Below the pieces are notes generated by a model, which saw only the letters and a program-made list of their open reading frames with translations, made no database searches and was not told where the DNA came from. The position numbers and the translations under genes were made by a program. This document shows positions 12,401 through 24,674 of a DNA stretch of 64,000 nt, one piece after another. Positions within the stretch are counted from its first letter, which is position 1; every line of letters begins with the position of its first letter. The DNA is taken from assembly GCF_963506605.1 (NCBI RefSeq), contig NC_083292.1, positions 40,920,001 through 40,984,000 on the forward strand, written 5' to 3'. Source of the DNA: Zootoca vivipara (Eukaryota).

Positions 12401-13184
12401 CTATACATTACATACTTAACTGTGGCATTTCGTCAAGCTATGTATTACAGCTCATATACAGGAAAGAGCTGTTGACTGTGGTAAGGCAGCCACTGGCATT
12501 TTATCCCATTTACTCTTCTCAATATGCATCTAATAATGACACTTGCTGGAAGCTAAAGAAGGCCAAGTTTGAATAGCAATTAGGGAGGCTTTGTATTTCT
12601 TAAATCAGGTCTATTCCAATTCTTGAAATTATCAGATACCATATATTTAACAACAGAAGATATACTGAAAGTACTCGGATGAATTTAAAACCATAGGGTT
12701 GGTAATGATTGCCTGTAAACTCTTATCTAATCCAGAATATCTAATACACAATACAATTTAAAATTTCATTCCCCTACAATTTAATAGTAATAATAAAAAT
12801 AAAAATAATTCATTATTTTTTCCCCAGCCACTCTGGGCGGCTTCCAAAAAAATATTAAAATAAAATGGTCTGTTAAACATTAAAAGCTTCCCTAAACAGG
12901 GCTGCCTTCAGATGTCTTCTAAAAGTCTGGTAGTAATATTATCAGTTACATTTTATAACTCCTTACATGATATCACCAAAGAGCTCAGTAGAGGGAGGTT
13001 TTTGAAATGTCATTGGACTTGAAAATACAAAGTTTTGTGAAGAGATGCCAGCAATATTGAGATCTCCAGGCTGATAATACTTGTGGAGAATAGGAAGAGG
13101 GTCACTGATACTACATTTAGCATTTGGAAGCTTGCACACTGCTTGAGGCAACAACACAAATACTAACACAACTAACACCATCAT
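5196..13184 (-). CDS. V2R: V2R gene B, complete six-exon vomeronasal type-2 receptor (~877 aa)
   Basis: Join of 12967-13184, 12047-12338, 10467-11339, 7883-8104, 7446-7572, 5196-6097 = 2634 nt, open frame. Contains VFT, cysteine-rich domain ([15 protein letters not shown]) and 7TM ([25 protein letters not shown]). Confidence 0.96.
6349..6460 (+). mobile_element. L2 LINE 3' end with (TTA)n tail
   Basis: GCCCTGTTTAGGGAGGCTTTTAATG..GGGCGGGGTATAAATAATAAA matches the 3' ends of the 15-16 kb and 40 kb L2 copies. Confidence 0.75.
7446..7572 (-). CDS. V2R: V2R gene B exon 5 (cysteine-rich domain)
   Basis: 127 nt; [42 protein letters not shown]. Confidence 0.94.
7883..8104 (-). CDS. V2R: V2R gene B exon 4
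   Basis: 222 nt; [40 protein letters not shown]. Confidence 0.94.
8219..9988 (+). mobile_element. Bov-B (RTE clade) LINE, internally deleted, in intron 3 of gene B
   Basis: RT with RYADDTTL; in-frame stops at 8780 and 8948; (CAA)n tail; 12-bp TSD GCAGGATGTGGC at 8207-8218 and 9989-10000. Confidence 0.95.
10467..11339 (-). CDS. V2R: V2R gene B exon 3
   Basis: 873 nt; [30 protein letters not shown] followed by GTAAAA. Confidence 0.95.
12047..12338 (-). CDS. V2R: V2R gene B exon 2
   Basis: 292 nt; [26 protein letters not shown]. Confidence 0.95.
12810..12933 (-). mobile_element. L2 LINE 3' end
   Basis: Reverse complement of the 16315-16430 sequence. Confidence 0.75.
12967..13184 (-). CDS. 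V2R: V2R gene B exon 1
   Basis: 218 nt; signal peptide [17 protein letters not shown]. Confidence 0.92.
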
Positions 13185-13413
13185 TTAATATTAAAATCTG
13201 ATTTCTAGAAAGAATTTCACCTATTCCAGCATTGCTATTCAAGGAGCTGTGGATCCTGGAATTAGATTCAAATGGCAACTTATTCAGCAGATGTGACAAT
13301 TTGCATTTCAGAATGACGGGGCTCTGCCTGTCTCTTCCTCTTTTCTGAATGGTGCAAAGGGATATGGATGGTTTATTCAGTGTCAACACATAGTTTTCCT
13401 CATGACCATGGAC

Positions 13414-13482
13414 AATCCCCAGGAACTTTGAAAACAAGGAGAATTAATCATAGTTAATTTGATAATTACAGAGGAGATAATA
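13414..13482 (-). promoter_or_regulatory. Conserved V2R upstream module (gene B, proximal copy)
   Basis: AATCCCCAGGAA..TAATCATAGTTAATTTGATAATTACAGAGGAGATAAT. Confidence 0.7.
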
Positions 13483-13784
13483 AACTTATTCAGAACTCTA
13501 GCTGCTCCATGAAAATGTTCAGTTGATCTAAACTAATTGAATACAGTGCCTACAAAATTGAAAGGGACTTAAATTATTACTAGTTTGCCACCTTGTTTTC
13601 CATGGGGCCTAATTTCAACTCACTTGGTATGGAACTGATTCAAGCAAATATGATGCAGTGTGAAGTTGCAGCAAAGAGATTGATGACGTTGTGTCTGTTT
13701 CTAGCTTTAGTTCTAAGTTTCACAGGAAATAATACAAACCTATATTTCACTGTTGGTTTGTAATTTAGCTAGTGCCCACTAAAG

Positions 13785-13848
13785 GTCTCCAGGGAATTGG
13801 AGAAAATGCAATCACAGTTAACCTGATAATTAGAGGGAAAATAATCAC
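13785..13848 (-). promoter_or_regulatory. Second (distal) copy of the V2R upstream module for gene B
   Basis: TCTCCAGGGAATT..CAATCACAGTTAACCTGATAATTAGAGGGAAAATAATCA. Confidence 0.6.
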
Positions 13849-14414
13849 TACTCAGACTTCTAGGTTCTCTAAGACATGAAAAAGAAAACATGTTTAACTC
13901 AACATAATTTTCTTCTCTATAAGAAAAATGAGGTATTCAAAAAAGACTCTTTCGAATAAAAATCATTGTGCAATATATTTATATGTAGAGCTGTGTTAAA
14001 ACCTTTTTAAAAAAAAAGCAGCTGTCCAACATAAAGCGGTCTCCCTTCAGTTTTCATCTAAAAGGGGGCATACACCTCCCAAAACTCATGTTATTTCATA
14101 TGTGTGATCACTATGTCTGCCAAAATGAAACATTTTTTCAAATTTTCCCATATGATGGAAACGCCAAAGGGGAGTGAAAGTTGCAGGTGTAGTTTTGTGA
14201 TTTACAGGCCAAGCTCCTTATCCGGTTGAATTATTTTACAAAGGCTAGATACCGGTAGTCACATTGTTTTCCAAGGTAGAATATTTAAGTACAAAAATGT
14301 TGCTCTTGCCTATATTCTGTGCTGTTTCTTCAGAGCAGAAATGTATTGGTAGGGTTGTAGTTTTCTTAGAATCAGAGAATTGTGGGTTGGGAGGGAATAT
14401 GCAGGAATATCCAA

Positions 14415-14488
14415 CTGCCCCATGCAGGGACCGAACCTGTGACCCTGACTTTATCAGCACCACACTCTAAACAACTGAACTATCCAGC
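14415..14488 (-). mobile_element. Degenerate tRNA-Ile-derived SINE head
   Basis: GCTGGATAGTTCAGTTGTTTAGAGTGTGGTGCTGATAAAGTCAGGGTCACAGGTTCGGTCCC resembles tRNA-Ile, with broken stems. Confidence 0.6.
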
Positions 14489-15077
14489 TGGATGATAAAC
14501 TACCTGTTACCCAGTTATATTGCCCAACAAGCCTTGCTGGATCAGACTGGGAGTCCATCTAGTCTAGCCTCCTGTTCCCACATAAACCAGTTCTTTATGA
14601 GGCACCCACAATACCAATGTAAGTTGAGCACATATATATTGCTGCAGGGGGAAAATCTGTCAAAGAAAAGTGAGTGGGGGCAGGAACCAGGAGAAAGAAA
14701 GCAAGGAAGATCTTTATTTGTCTTTTCACAGAGTGTAACTTGTCTCCCGTCTGTCAAGATAATCTGATAACGTTTGCTGGTTGCCCTCACCTTGGCCATT
14801 CTGGGCCATGCTGTTGAAGTAGTAAATACCTTAGTTATTGAATCCAATTCACAGACATACTCTGTACATACACAAAATATGCCCTTTTGACAGGATTTGA
14901 AGGATTTGTAAGTGAAAAGAACTATTGGGAGAGGTTTTTCCAAGACATTCCCTTCTGCAGAAGAAATATTTGGGGTCATTAAGAGTCAAGAGGGCTTCAG
15001 GAGCTAGTCGGGAAGGGCTGGGTGATGGGCTACGCAGGGTGGTGAATGCTTCTCCCTGTGAGAGAGCTGTCCCAGAC

Positions 15078-16441
15078 CCGCTGGTTGAGCAAGTGGTTGC
15101 TGAACAACTCCAGGCATGCCTGGAAGAAACAGACCATTTGGATCCCTTCCAGTCGGGATTCAGGCCTCATCATGGGACTGAAACTGCCTTGGTCGCACTG
15201 GTTGATGATCTCCGGCGGGCTAGGGACAAAGGTGAGAGCTGCTTCCTAGTTCTGCTGGATCTCTCAGTGGCTTTTGATACCACCAACCATAACATCCTTC
15301 TGGACCATCTAGAGGGGTTGGGAGCTGGGGGCACTGTTATACAATGGTTCCGCTCCTTCCTCCTAGGCCGTGTTCAGAAAGTGGTGTTGGAGGATGAGTG
15401 TTCAGACCCCTGGGCTCTCACTTGTGGGGTGCCTCAGGGTTCCGTCCTCCCCCCCATGCTTTTCAACAACTACATGCAGCCGCTGGAAGAGATCATCAGG
15501 GGGTTTGGGCTGGGTGTTCATCAATATGAGGATGATACCCAGCTCTACCTCTCTTTCAAATCAGAACCAGTGAAGGTGGTGAAGGTCCTGTGTGAGTGTC
15601 TGGAGGCAGTTGGAGTATGGATGGCAGCTAACAGATTGAGGTTGAATCCTGACAAGACAGAAGTACTGTATGTGGGGGACATGAGGCGGGCAGGTGTGGA
15701 GAACTCCCTGGTCCTGAATGGGGTAACTGTGCCCCTGAAGGACCAGGGGCGCAGCCTGGGAGTCATTTTGGACTCACAGCTGTCCATGGAGGCGCAGGTC
15801 AATTCTGTGTCCAGGGCAGTTGTTTATCAGCTCCATCTGGTACGCAGGCTGAGACCCTACCTGCCCGCAGACTGTCTCGCCAGAGTGGTGCATGCTCTAG
15901 TTATCTCCTGCTTGGACTACTGCAATGCACTCTATGTGGGGCTACTTTGAAGGTGACCCGGAAACTACTACTAATCCAGAATGCGGCAGCTAGACTGGTG
16001 ACTGGGAGCGGCCACCAAGACCACATAATACCAGTCTTGAAAGACCTACTTTGGCCCCCAGTACGTTTCCGAGCACAATTCAAAGTGTTGGTGCTGACCT
16101 TTAAAGCCCTAAACAGCCTCTGTCCAGTATACTTGAAGGAGCATCTCCCCCCCCCATCGTTCTGCCTGGACACTGAGGTCCAGCACTGAGGGCCTTCTGG
16201 CGGTTCCCTCCCTGTGAGAAGTGAGGTTACAGGGAACCAGGCAGAGAGCCTTCTCAGTAGTGGCGCCCGCCCTGTGGAACGCCCTCCCACCAGATATCAA
16301 AGAGAAAAACAACTACCAGACTTTTAGAAGACATCTGAAGGCAGCCCTGTTTAGGGAAGCTTTTAATGTTTAACAGACTTTTGTATCTTAATATTTTGTT
16401 GGAAGCCGCCCAGAGTGGCTGGGGAAACCCAGCTAGATGGA
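15078..16441 (+). mobile_element. 5'-truncated L2 LINE (RT domain to 3' end) between genes B and C
   Basis: [36 protein letters not shown] (YADD mutated); frameshift near 15945. Confidence 0.92.
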
Positions 16442-17066
16442 CCGCTTCTTGTTCAGAAGTGTGCAATCTTTGTTCACCAGGCTTCTTCTTGCCCCCTGCT
16501 TAATCTTACGTGGCCCACAACATAACCTGTGTTAAACTACATGAAGAAGGTTGGGCTCCAGATAATGTTCACCTTTTTCGTGCAGGCTAGTCCACTTTTC
16601 GTGACTATTGGCTGTTTCCCAGTCAGCTGAGCAGCACAAGGGGCATTGCTGGAAGAGGACGCTTTTGAACCTTCCACCTCCCAATTCTGATGGAAATTTC
16701 CCATCCATCCACCCCTGTGCTGCCATCAAGGGTATCGCCTACTTTTACTTCACTGCAATTAAACAAAACCCTACTGGAATTGTGAAACCTCAGTTCATAA
16801 TATAACAATGGATACTTCCATTTGCACTATGAAAACCTAGCCCAATTTGGAATGTGCACACAATCTTGTAAACTGGCTATCATTTAAGAGCCTTTTTCTT
16901 TTCTTTTTGGACACCACAAAGTCCTTGTGGTCTTTATTTTATTTTTTTACTGTTAGTCTTTTGATGTCTTATTAAGGAGGATGAAATAGGAACTGTTGCT
17001 GACGTGTGATGAACACCTCACCCCCACCCCCACCCTGCCTTGTCTCAGAGACTGCAACGCTGTGAG

Positions 17067-17131
17067 GTTATTATCTCTCTTGCAATTATGGCAATAACTA
17101 TGATTACTTCTCCAGTTCTCCAGAGAGTTCC
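17067..17131 (+). promoter_or_regulatory. Conserved V2R upstream module (gene C)
   Basis: Reverse complement reads GGAACTCTCTGGAGAA..GTAATCATAGTTATTGCCATAATTGCAAGAGAGATAAT; orientation follows the gene. Confidence 0.7.
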
Positions 17132-17358
17132 ACTGTCCAGTTGCAAAACATCAAAGCAAGACAGAGGGTTGCTTTTAATATCATCTGCACCATTCAGAGC
17201 TGGGGCTTGAGGTGCAGAGAGCTGTATCAGTCTGATTGCTAATACTTTGTATCATGTCACCCTGGCTTCAGTCTTCTGAGTGAGTGTGGAGTCAAGCCAG
17301 AGACTTGCTGATGTAGGAACAGGTTATTTTGTTTCTAGAAAGGAGGTTTTCATGCAGT

Positions 17359-17576
17359 ATGGTGATATTTGCGGTGTTGGTATTAGTACTGCTTCCTCAA
17401 GCAGTGTGCAAGGTTCCTGTTTCTAGATGCCATGTTAGTCACCCTCTTCCTATTCATCACAAGTATTATCAGTCAGGAGACCTCATAATTGGTGGCATTA
17501 TTTCTCATATCTTCCGGTTTTTAAGTACGTTTCACTTCCGAAACCGTCCCTCTCCTGAACATTTTGATGATCTCAT
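17359..17576 (+). CDS. V2R: V2R gene C exon 1
   Basis: 218 nt; [26 protein letters not shown]. Confidence 0.92.
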
Positions 17577-20500
17577 GTAAGGAGTTGGGTTTTCTTAAAT
17601 GTACCCTATCTATCCTGATAATATTTGTTGCTGGTCTGATTCTGTTATGGTCTTCAAAATCTAAGGGGCCTATTTGCCTGTAATATGGTTTGTTGTATTC
17701 AATCTGTAGATGTTACAATGCCTGCAAATTTTATCCACATTGGTCAAAAGAGATGGGGGGCAGTTATAGCTTCTTTAAAGAAATAATAATAATAATAGCC
17801 AGTATCAGTAACATAGCAGATAACCTGGGTTTAAATATATTGCATGTGCTATCTAAAAGCTACCAAAAGGGGGGGTATTGTTTGAATAATAGGCATGTAA
17901 GTCAAAAGTTGAGGTTTGAATGTCAAGATCAATTCATATGTTCCTCAACCTTGGCCATATAGTGCAAGAATGTTTAGCAATTGAGTATTGACTTGAAATT
18001 TCTAGCACACTCATTTTAAGGTGGCAATTTCTTTCATTTTAGAGTTCTGACTCAGCACTACCAGCACATCCTGGCCTTGGTTTTTGCTTTAAAAGAAATA
18101 AATGAAAATCCCCAGATCTTAGCCAACATCAGCCTGGGTGCCCATGTCTGTAACAGTGAATTCAGTGCAAGAACCATATATCTTGCCTCCATGGAACTTC
18201 TCTCCACAAAGGGAAAGTTTTTTCCTAACTACAAGTGTGCTATCCGGGAAAATCTGGTAGCAGTCATTGGGGGACCTAATTCTGATGTTGATCTCAACAT
18301 GGCAGTCATGCTGTATAACTACAAGATCCCACAGGTAAGTTTTCACATAAAGTACAGGAATTTAGAGAGCTATTGTCTATCCTGCTTTCTTCAAGGTGAA
18401 GTTTTTCTTGTGGAGATTATAAAGAGGGTTTGAGATAAATAGGAACCCCGTTTACTCTGTTTAGGCATAACATTCTGTCCAAGAAAAAGAATATTTACAG
18501 CTGATTCACAGTTGGCTGTTCTGGTATTCATGCACATAACCACTTACAGGGAAGTCAAGAACTTCTCTACATTCTTGAAGATTTTGGTTACTCTTTGAAC
18601 TGCAAATATTGGCTATGATCCAAAGGGCAACTAGTTTCTGATAGGCCAAATATTATTTTTTGTTTTCTTCAGTTTTTAGATCTGAGGGGACTTTCAGAAA
18701 CAATTTGTGGAGCAATATATTTGTTGGATATGGGCATCTGAGGGATGGAGAGAGGGACATTTCAAAATAATAATAATAATAATGTTTATTTATTTATCCA
18801 TCCATTAATCCATCCATCCCCCACATTATTCCCTTACAGGGACTCAATGTGGCTTACAGATAAAAAATACAAATGGCTAAAAATATACTTTAAAAAATAC
18901 AAATTAACATTAATACAATAACTTACAGTAAATCTTAAACTACTATGTTTTTATGCAACATACTAGTTAATATTAAAAGAAATGAAAAATTCCAGCATAT
19001 TGTGTGTTCCATAATATTTAGCCTTGAACGGCACCACATGGTGCTTGGGATCATTTAAAATAATTGTTTGGAACATGGCACACTTCTGTTGTAGGTAAGT
19101 AAGAGGTAGCTCTAATAATAAAATTTCAGGAAATATTTTCAGGAATTTCAGGAAATATCCATGTCACAGCAAATTCTAAAACAAAGAAACAAAAAAACCA
19201 AGTTATGGGCAATGTAATGTTCCTAAACTAAAGTTGCTGACCAGTGTTTTGAACCAGTGTGCCATGATCCAAGTTCAAAACATAACAGAATGCAAACATC
19301 TTTAGCTCTTCATGTCTTGATGTGCTTTTCATCTCCAGTAGGTTAGGAATATAAAGAGGGTGCTAGCGCAGTTTGCTGCCCTAACCTGGTCCACCAGCCT
19401 CCCAGGTCCTGCCCTATTTACACCTCAGTGCTCCTGTCTGCAACCCTTGTGAAATATCTACCACAGCTTAGTAGCAAATCTTCTGTGTGGATGCATTAAA
19501 TAGCAATAGTATCATATGGTGATTATTTGCACGGTCAGGCGGAGACCCCCGAAACCCCAGGCAGCCCCCGAGCGGAATAACGACACCAGACAACGTTCTA
19601 TGGGATTAAAATTGGCCACAACTTTATTAAGAGTCAGATGTAGGGAGACCTTGGCACAGGCATTGGGTATTTATCCTTCCCAGCCCCCCAGCCAGGGGTC
19701 TGGGTAATTTCCGGGTTATCCAGCATATGTGGGAGTTGGGCTAGCTCTGGAGAACATATGTTAAAGCAGATAGCCTGCCCCCCTTTTCGCCACCACTGGA
19801 GGGGGAGGGCAATTACGGCCCCTGCGCAAATGCTCAATGCCTCCCTCCTAGACCCCTTTAACGGGAATCTTGGTATCGCCGCCGCAATGGGGGTGGGGAG
19901 TCACCTCTCCCATGCCCCCCCCCATTTTGGTAAATGTCTAAAGGATTCCGCCCAACCAGGTATGTCTCACCTTCTGCTATGTGCACCGGATGGTTACCTC
20001 CTCCTACCTGGCCAGCCCCCTCCTGGCAACACCTCCCCCAGCTGGATTGGACGGCTGGCTGTGTGGGCGGAGACCACAGGTATCCAGCCTGGGAAGGTGA
20101 TGCTAGCCTCCGAACTGCGGTGGGCTGCCCAAGGCTCCCAGGGTGCTACGCACGACCGCAAAATGCACACCAAACGGTCATTGCAGATAGAGCAGAAACT
20201 ATCCATGCAACTGGGAGGAAGGGCCATTTTTTACTATCCCTCTTCCACTCTGGAGTTCCCCGTGCCCACTTCTACAAATGTTTTTTGGGGGGGCTCTCAT
20301 TAGCAATGTTTGGTTTGTGTGGCATACTGCAGTGGAGAAAGAGACCACCAAAAACGATCTCATTTCCAATACAGCTGATGGACAGTAAGCACTGGATCAA
20401 ACCCCGTGTCTGTGCCTTCTTCAGTCTATCACACCTGTAGGAACTGAGAAGATTTTGAATCATCATAGTTCATAGATATTTGCTTAAGTAACAAGATGAA

Positions 20501-23500
20501 ATCTGGATGGGATCTCGGTAGATATTTGGGGAGATGCATAATTATTTTGCATCACACACAAAATTTGTTTTACTTTGGAAAACATTGTCTTAGAAATAAC
20601 TTTTCCATCTCCTCATTTCAAATGTTGTTTAGCTCTCATATGGCTCCGCCCTAATAATGGATAACAAAATACAAGGAGTTTTCTTCCACCAGATTTTCCC
20701 AAATGTGGACCATCAGTATAAGGGCATGCTCCAGTTACTGCTTCATTTCAGGTGGACATGGATTGGCATACTTTATTTGGATGACAGCAATGGTGAGAGA
20801 TTTGTACAGAATGTACTTCCCAAGTTCTCTCAGAGTGGCATCTGCTTTGATTTCATAGACAAAATCCCAGAACCAACATTTTCCAATAATGCCGATGTAA
20901 TGGTGGACTATGGGATTCAAATGGTAAAGGTTATCATGGGCAGCACTGCCAGTGCTTTGGTTGTACATGGTGAAATTCAGACCATGGCTTATGTGAGAAC
21001 ATCCGTCTGTTCCTCAGTATTTTTTGATATACCAGTGAAAACAAAGGTCTGGATCATGACAGCCCAGATGGACTTCACATCACCTTCCTTTCCAATAAGT
21101 TGTGGCATAGAGTTAATCCATGGTTCCATATCCTTTGCAATACATTCAAGTGAGTTGCTAGGATTCCAGAAACTCCTTCAAGCAAGAAACCCTACCTTGA
21201 CAAAAGGAGATGACTTTATCAGAGACTTCTGGGAGCATGCATTTAAATGTTCATTCTTAAAATCTGTAGTAGACAATTTGGACAGCAAAATCTGCACTGG
21301 AGAGGAGAAGCTGGAGACTCTACCCGCAACAGTTTTTGAAATGAGCATGACTGGCCACAGCTATAGCATATACAACGCTGTCTATGCTGTGGCGCATGTT
21401 CTGCACAGCATTGAACTACTTAAATCCAAGCCGAGAGCAACGGCAAATAGAAGGGGGTGGACACAACCATGGGAGGTAATATCCTCAGCCGATTAATGCA
21501 TTGTTATCTACTTCTGTAGGTGCAAAATTAACCAGAATGTGTAGGAAACCGAATTATTACCAAGCATTTTAGGATGGTGTCTTATAGCTTCTATTTCACA
21601 GGAAATTCACAAGTCACTATCACTAGTCACACAGCATTGTTCTTCTGCACCAAGGTAGGAATATATACATTCCTGGTTAGCAAGCAGTGGGGCAAAATGA
21701 AAGAGTTCCTTTGTATGTGTAGTCCTGCTGCCTGTGCCCTCCGGGGCAGAAAGTGGGGTGGTGCTTCTCACTATTTTTGCTGTGCCAGTTCCAGCTCTGC
21801 AAAAGAGAGTCCCATATTGGAACCTTCATCAGGAAGTCCACCAAATTTTGGATCCATCTTTGGTTTTGCCCCATTCCTACTCTCAGAATGCCTTGTATCC
21901 AGTCAGCAATAATTTAGCCAATGTATACAAAGTATCAAAGTGGTGATAATAATATAGCAATAAACCAAAACAAACCATCACAAACTGGCTAATAAATATA
22001 AAAGGGAATTTACTGGGATTATAACTGGACTAAAGATAGACTAAAGACCATTCAAACAAACAAAAACATGTTAAAATGCCATGTGCAGGTCAATACTAGT
22101 TCTGTCAGAACATTCAGTCAAGAACATGTTGCAGAACACTCCTGCAATAAAACAACAGTTTGGAGGGAAGCCTTTTTTAAAACTTTATCCCTAGTTCTGG
22201 TTTGGTTTTTTTAAAAGGCACTCTCAAATATCATGCTCGTGGATTGAATTTGTTGTTGTTAAAACAACATATGTCCTTTAATATTTAGACATTTCAATAT
22301 GATCATTCTGCATAAAGCTTCTAAAACGTGCATTAATCACAGTACTCAGCTGTGAAATATTGCCACCACCATGCAATATCACTTTTTAATATCCTCTGCA
22401 ATGCTTTGTTCTCTGTGTCTTTTCTATCCTACTTTAGCTCCACCACTACCTGAGACATGTTTCATTTAACAACAGTTCTGGGGAAAAGGTATCCTTTGAT
22501 GAAAATGGGTCCTTAGTTGCTGGATTTGATATTATAAATTGGATCACATTCCCAAACCAATCTTTTCTTAGAGTGAGAGTTGGGAAAATAGACCCACAAG
22601 CTCTTACTGGCGAAGTGCTCACCATTTCTGGAGATGACATTATATGGCCCAGCAAATTCAACCAGGTAGGGTCTGTGTTCATTTCCAGATACAGTATATC
22701 GACCGTTGGATGAACTGGACATGGACAAAGGGGTTTATTTCCTGCATGAGCACAAATCACCCTTTGTACGAGATAAGTCAATCAGTGCATGGCCAGCCAA
22801 GGCAGGAACTATGGCAACTGCCCAGTGCTGTCTATATAAGTTATTAATCTTGTGGTGGGTGCTGTGTGTTAGGGTTAGTCTTGAAAAGTGAGTCTGTGTT
22901 ACATCTTGAATTAGTCGAGCAACTGAAATTTGCTTTGGACTATTATATCTGTATCTGTATCTGTATCTGCAAAGCCTGCAATGTGTCTGTGTGTGCCTGA
23001 AACTGTATTACTGAAGCCTTATCTTCTGCAGCAGCAAACTATTTTGGACCTTAATCCTCTGTGTGGTGTCTGGAAGTGGGGACAGCAATGCTAAAAAAAA
23101 GTGAAATACTGTTTATATACTGTATGTTGTCAGCCATTAATCCTGGTTTATCAGGCCCCATGATAGGAGGTCTGTGTTTGTTCGGAAAAACAGACTTCAT
23201 AGTCCAATCTAAATCCAAGATTCATCAGGATAAGAGAGTTTGGATTCAGCAGATCTTTGGCTTTCCTAGCTATGCAAAGGCTCAGTGGAAGCTTTGTTGT
23301 TGTTGTTGTTTAGTCGTTTAGTCGTGTCCGACTCTTCGTGACCCCATGGACCAGAGCACGCCAGGCACTCCTGTCTTGCACTGCCTCCCGCAGTTTGGTC
23401 AAACTCATGTTTGTAGCTTCGAGAAGCTACACTGGTGTAAATACCTCACCTTAGCTGAGCCAAAGGTACACCATCTCAGGCAAGGAAGTTTAGATCAGTG

Positions 23501-24633
23501 CAACATAATCTGGTGTAAGCGCCCCCACCCCACCCCACAAGGTGGAATTCCAGTAGCATGGAAGGTGTATTACAAAGGTGGGATGGGGCAATGAGAGAAT
23601 TACATCTATTTCAAATCCCTTTCAGCTTGGTCATGTGCTCTGCAACCCAGCAGAACTTAGCCCACAAAAAAAGAGTTGGTGTAACTTACACTGGCTTTCT
23701 ATTGTTATGATTGATTTAGAACCCCTCCTCCACTCAAAGTTCTCCCCTGGCCATGCTGTGAAGCTACAATGCTTTACATTTTTATTGATTTTAATCATAT
23801 TCATGGAGGCCCCCTGAGTGATTTTGAATGCTGGTAGAACTCTTGAAGAGCAACAGGAATAAAAGCTTGTAGCCGGGGCAGAGGAAGTTTAGTGCAGCCA
23901 TACCTGTATTCCGTTGGTTTTACACATGAGTAGAATGTCCCCCAAAGGTTCCTGTCTTTCCAGAATCAAGCAATCTCTTAATGTATAATGACCTATGATA
24001 TCCAAACTCCAAAACTGTACTTTCTGAATGTTGAAATGCATTATGTCTTTCAATCATGCACAGACACCGCCCCGTTCATTGTGTAATGACAACTGTCATC
24101 TGGGTTATAGGAGGGCTAAGAAGGAAGGGAGACCATTTTGTTGCTATGATTGTTTGCCTTGTGCAGAAGGAAAGATCTCAAATAAGACAGGTAAATTCAT
24201 GTACAAAAGCTTTAAAAAATAAATATATGGTTGGTATCCATAATATTGCCAAGAAAAAGAATGATATGGTGACTGATTGTGTGTAGCACCTCATGTGAGA
24301 AAAAGCAAAATAAATTACACTATATCCCAATTTAAGCTGAGATGGTTCTATCTTTGAGGTTGTGCTGTGCAAAGAGAGAAGGCAACTTCAGTTTTGGGAT
24401 TAAGAAAGATTTTGTCTGAAGCTTAATATGAGATGTTCCAAGTACAATGTTTCTCTGGAGCACCCCAGTGACTTTTTGCAAACATCATTACATTTTTAAA
24501 GTCATGAATTTAGCTTTCAAATATCAGCCCTCATAGAGCACTTTTGAATTTTAAGGGATTATTTATTTATTTTTAAAAGATAATTTTATTAACTTTCCAA
24601 ATTAACAACATCAAACAATAACAAAATAACAAT

Positions 24634-24674
<41 letters not shown>

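Noticed and set aside
14415-14488. tRNA-Ile gene
   Set aside because: The stems are disrupted; better explained as a SINE head.
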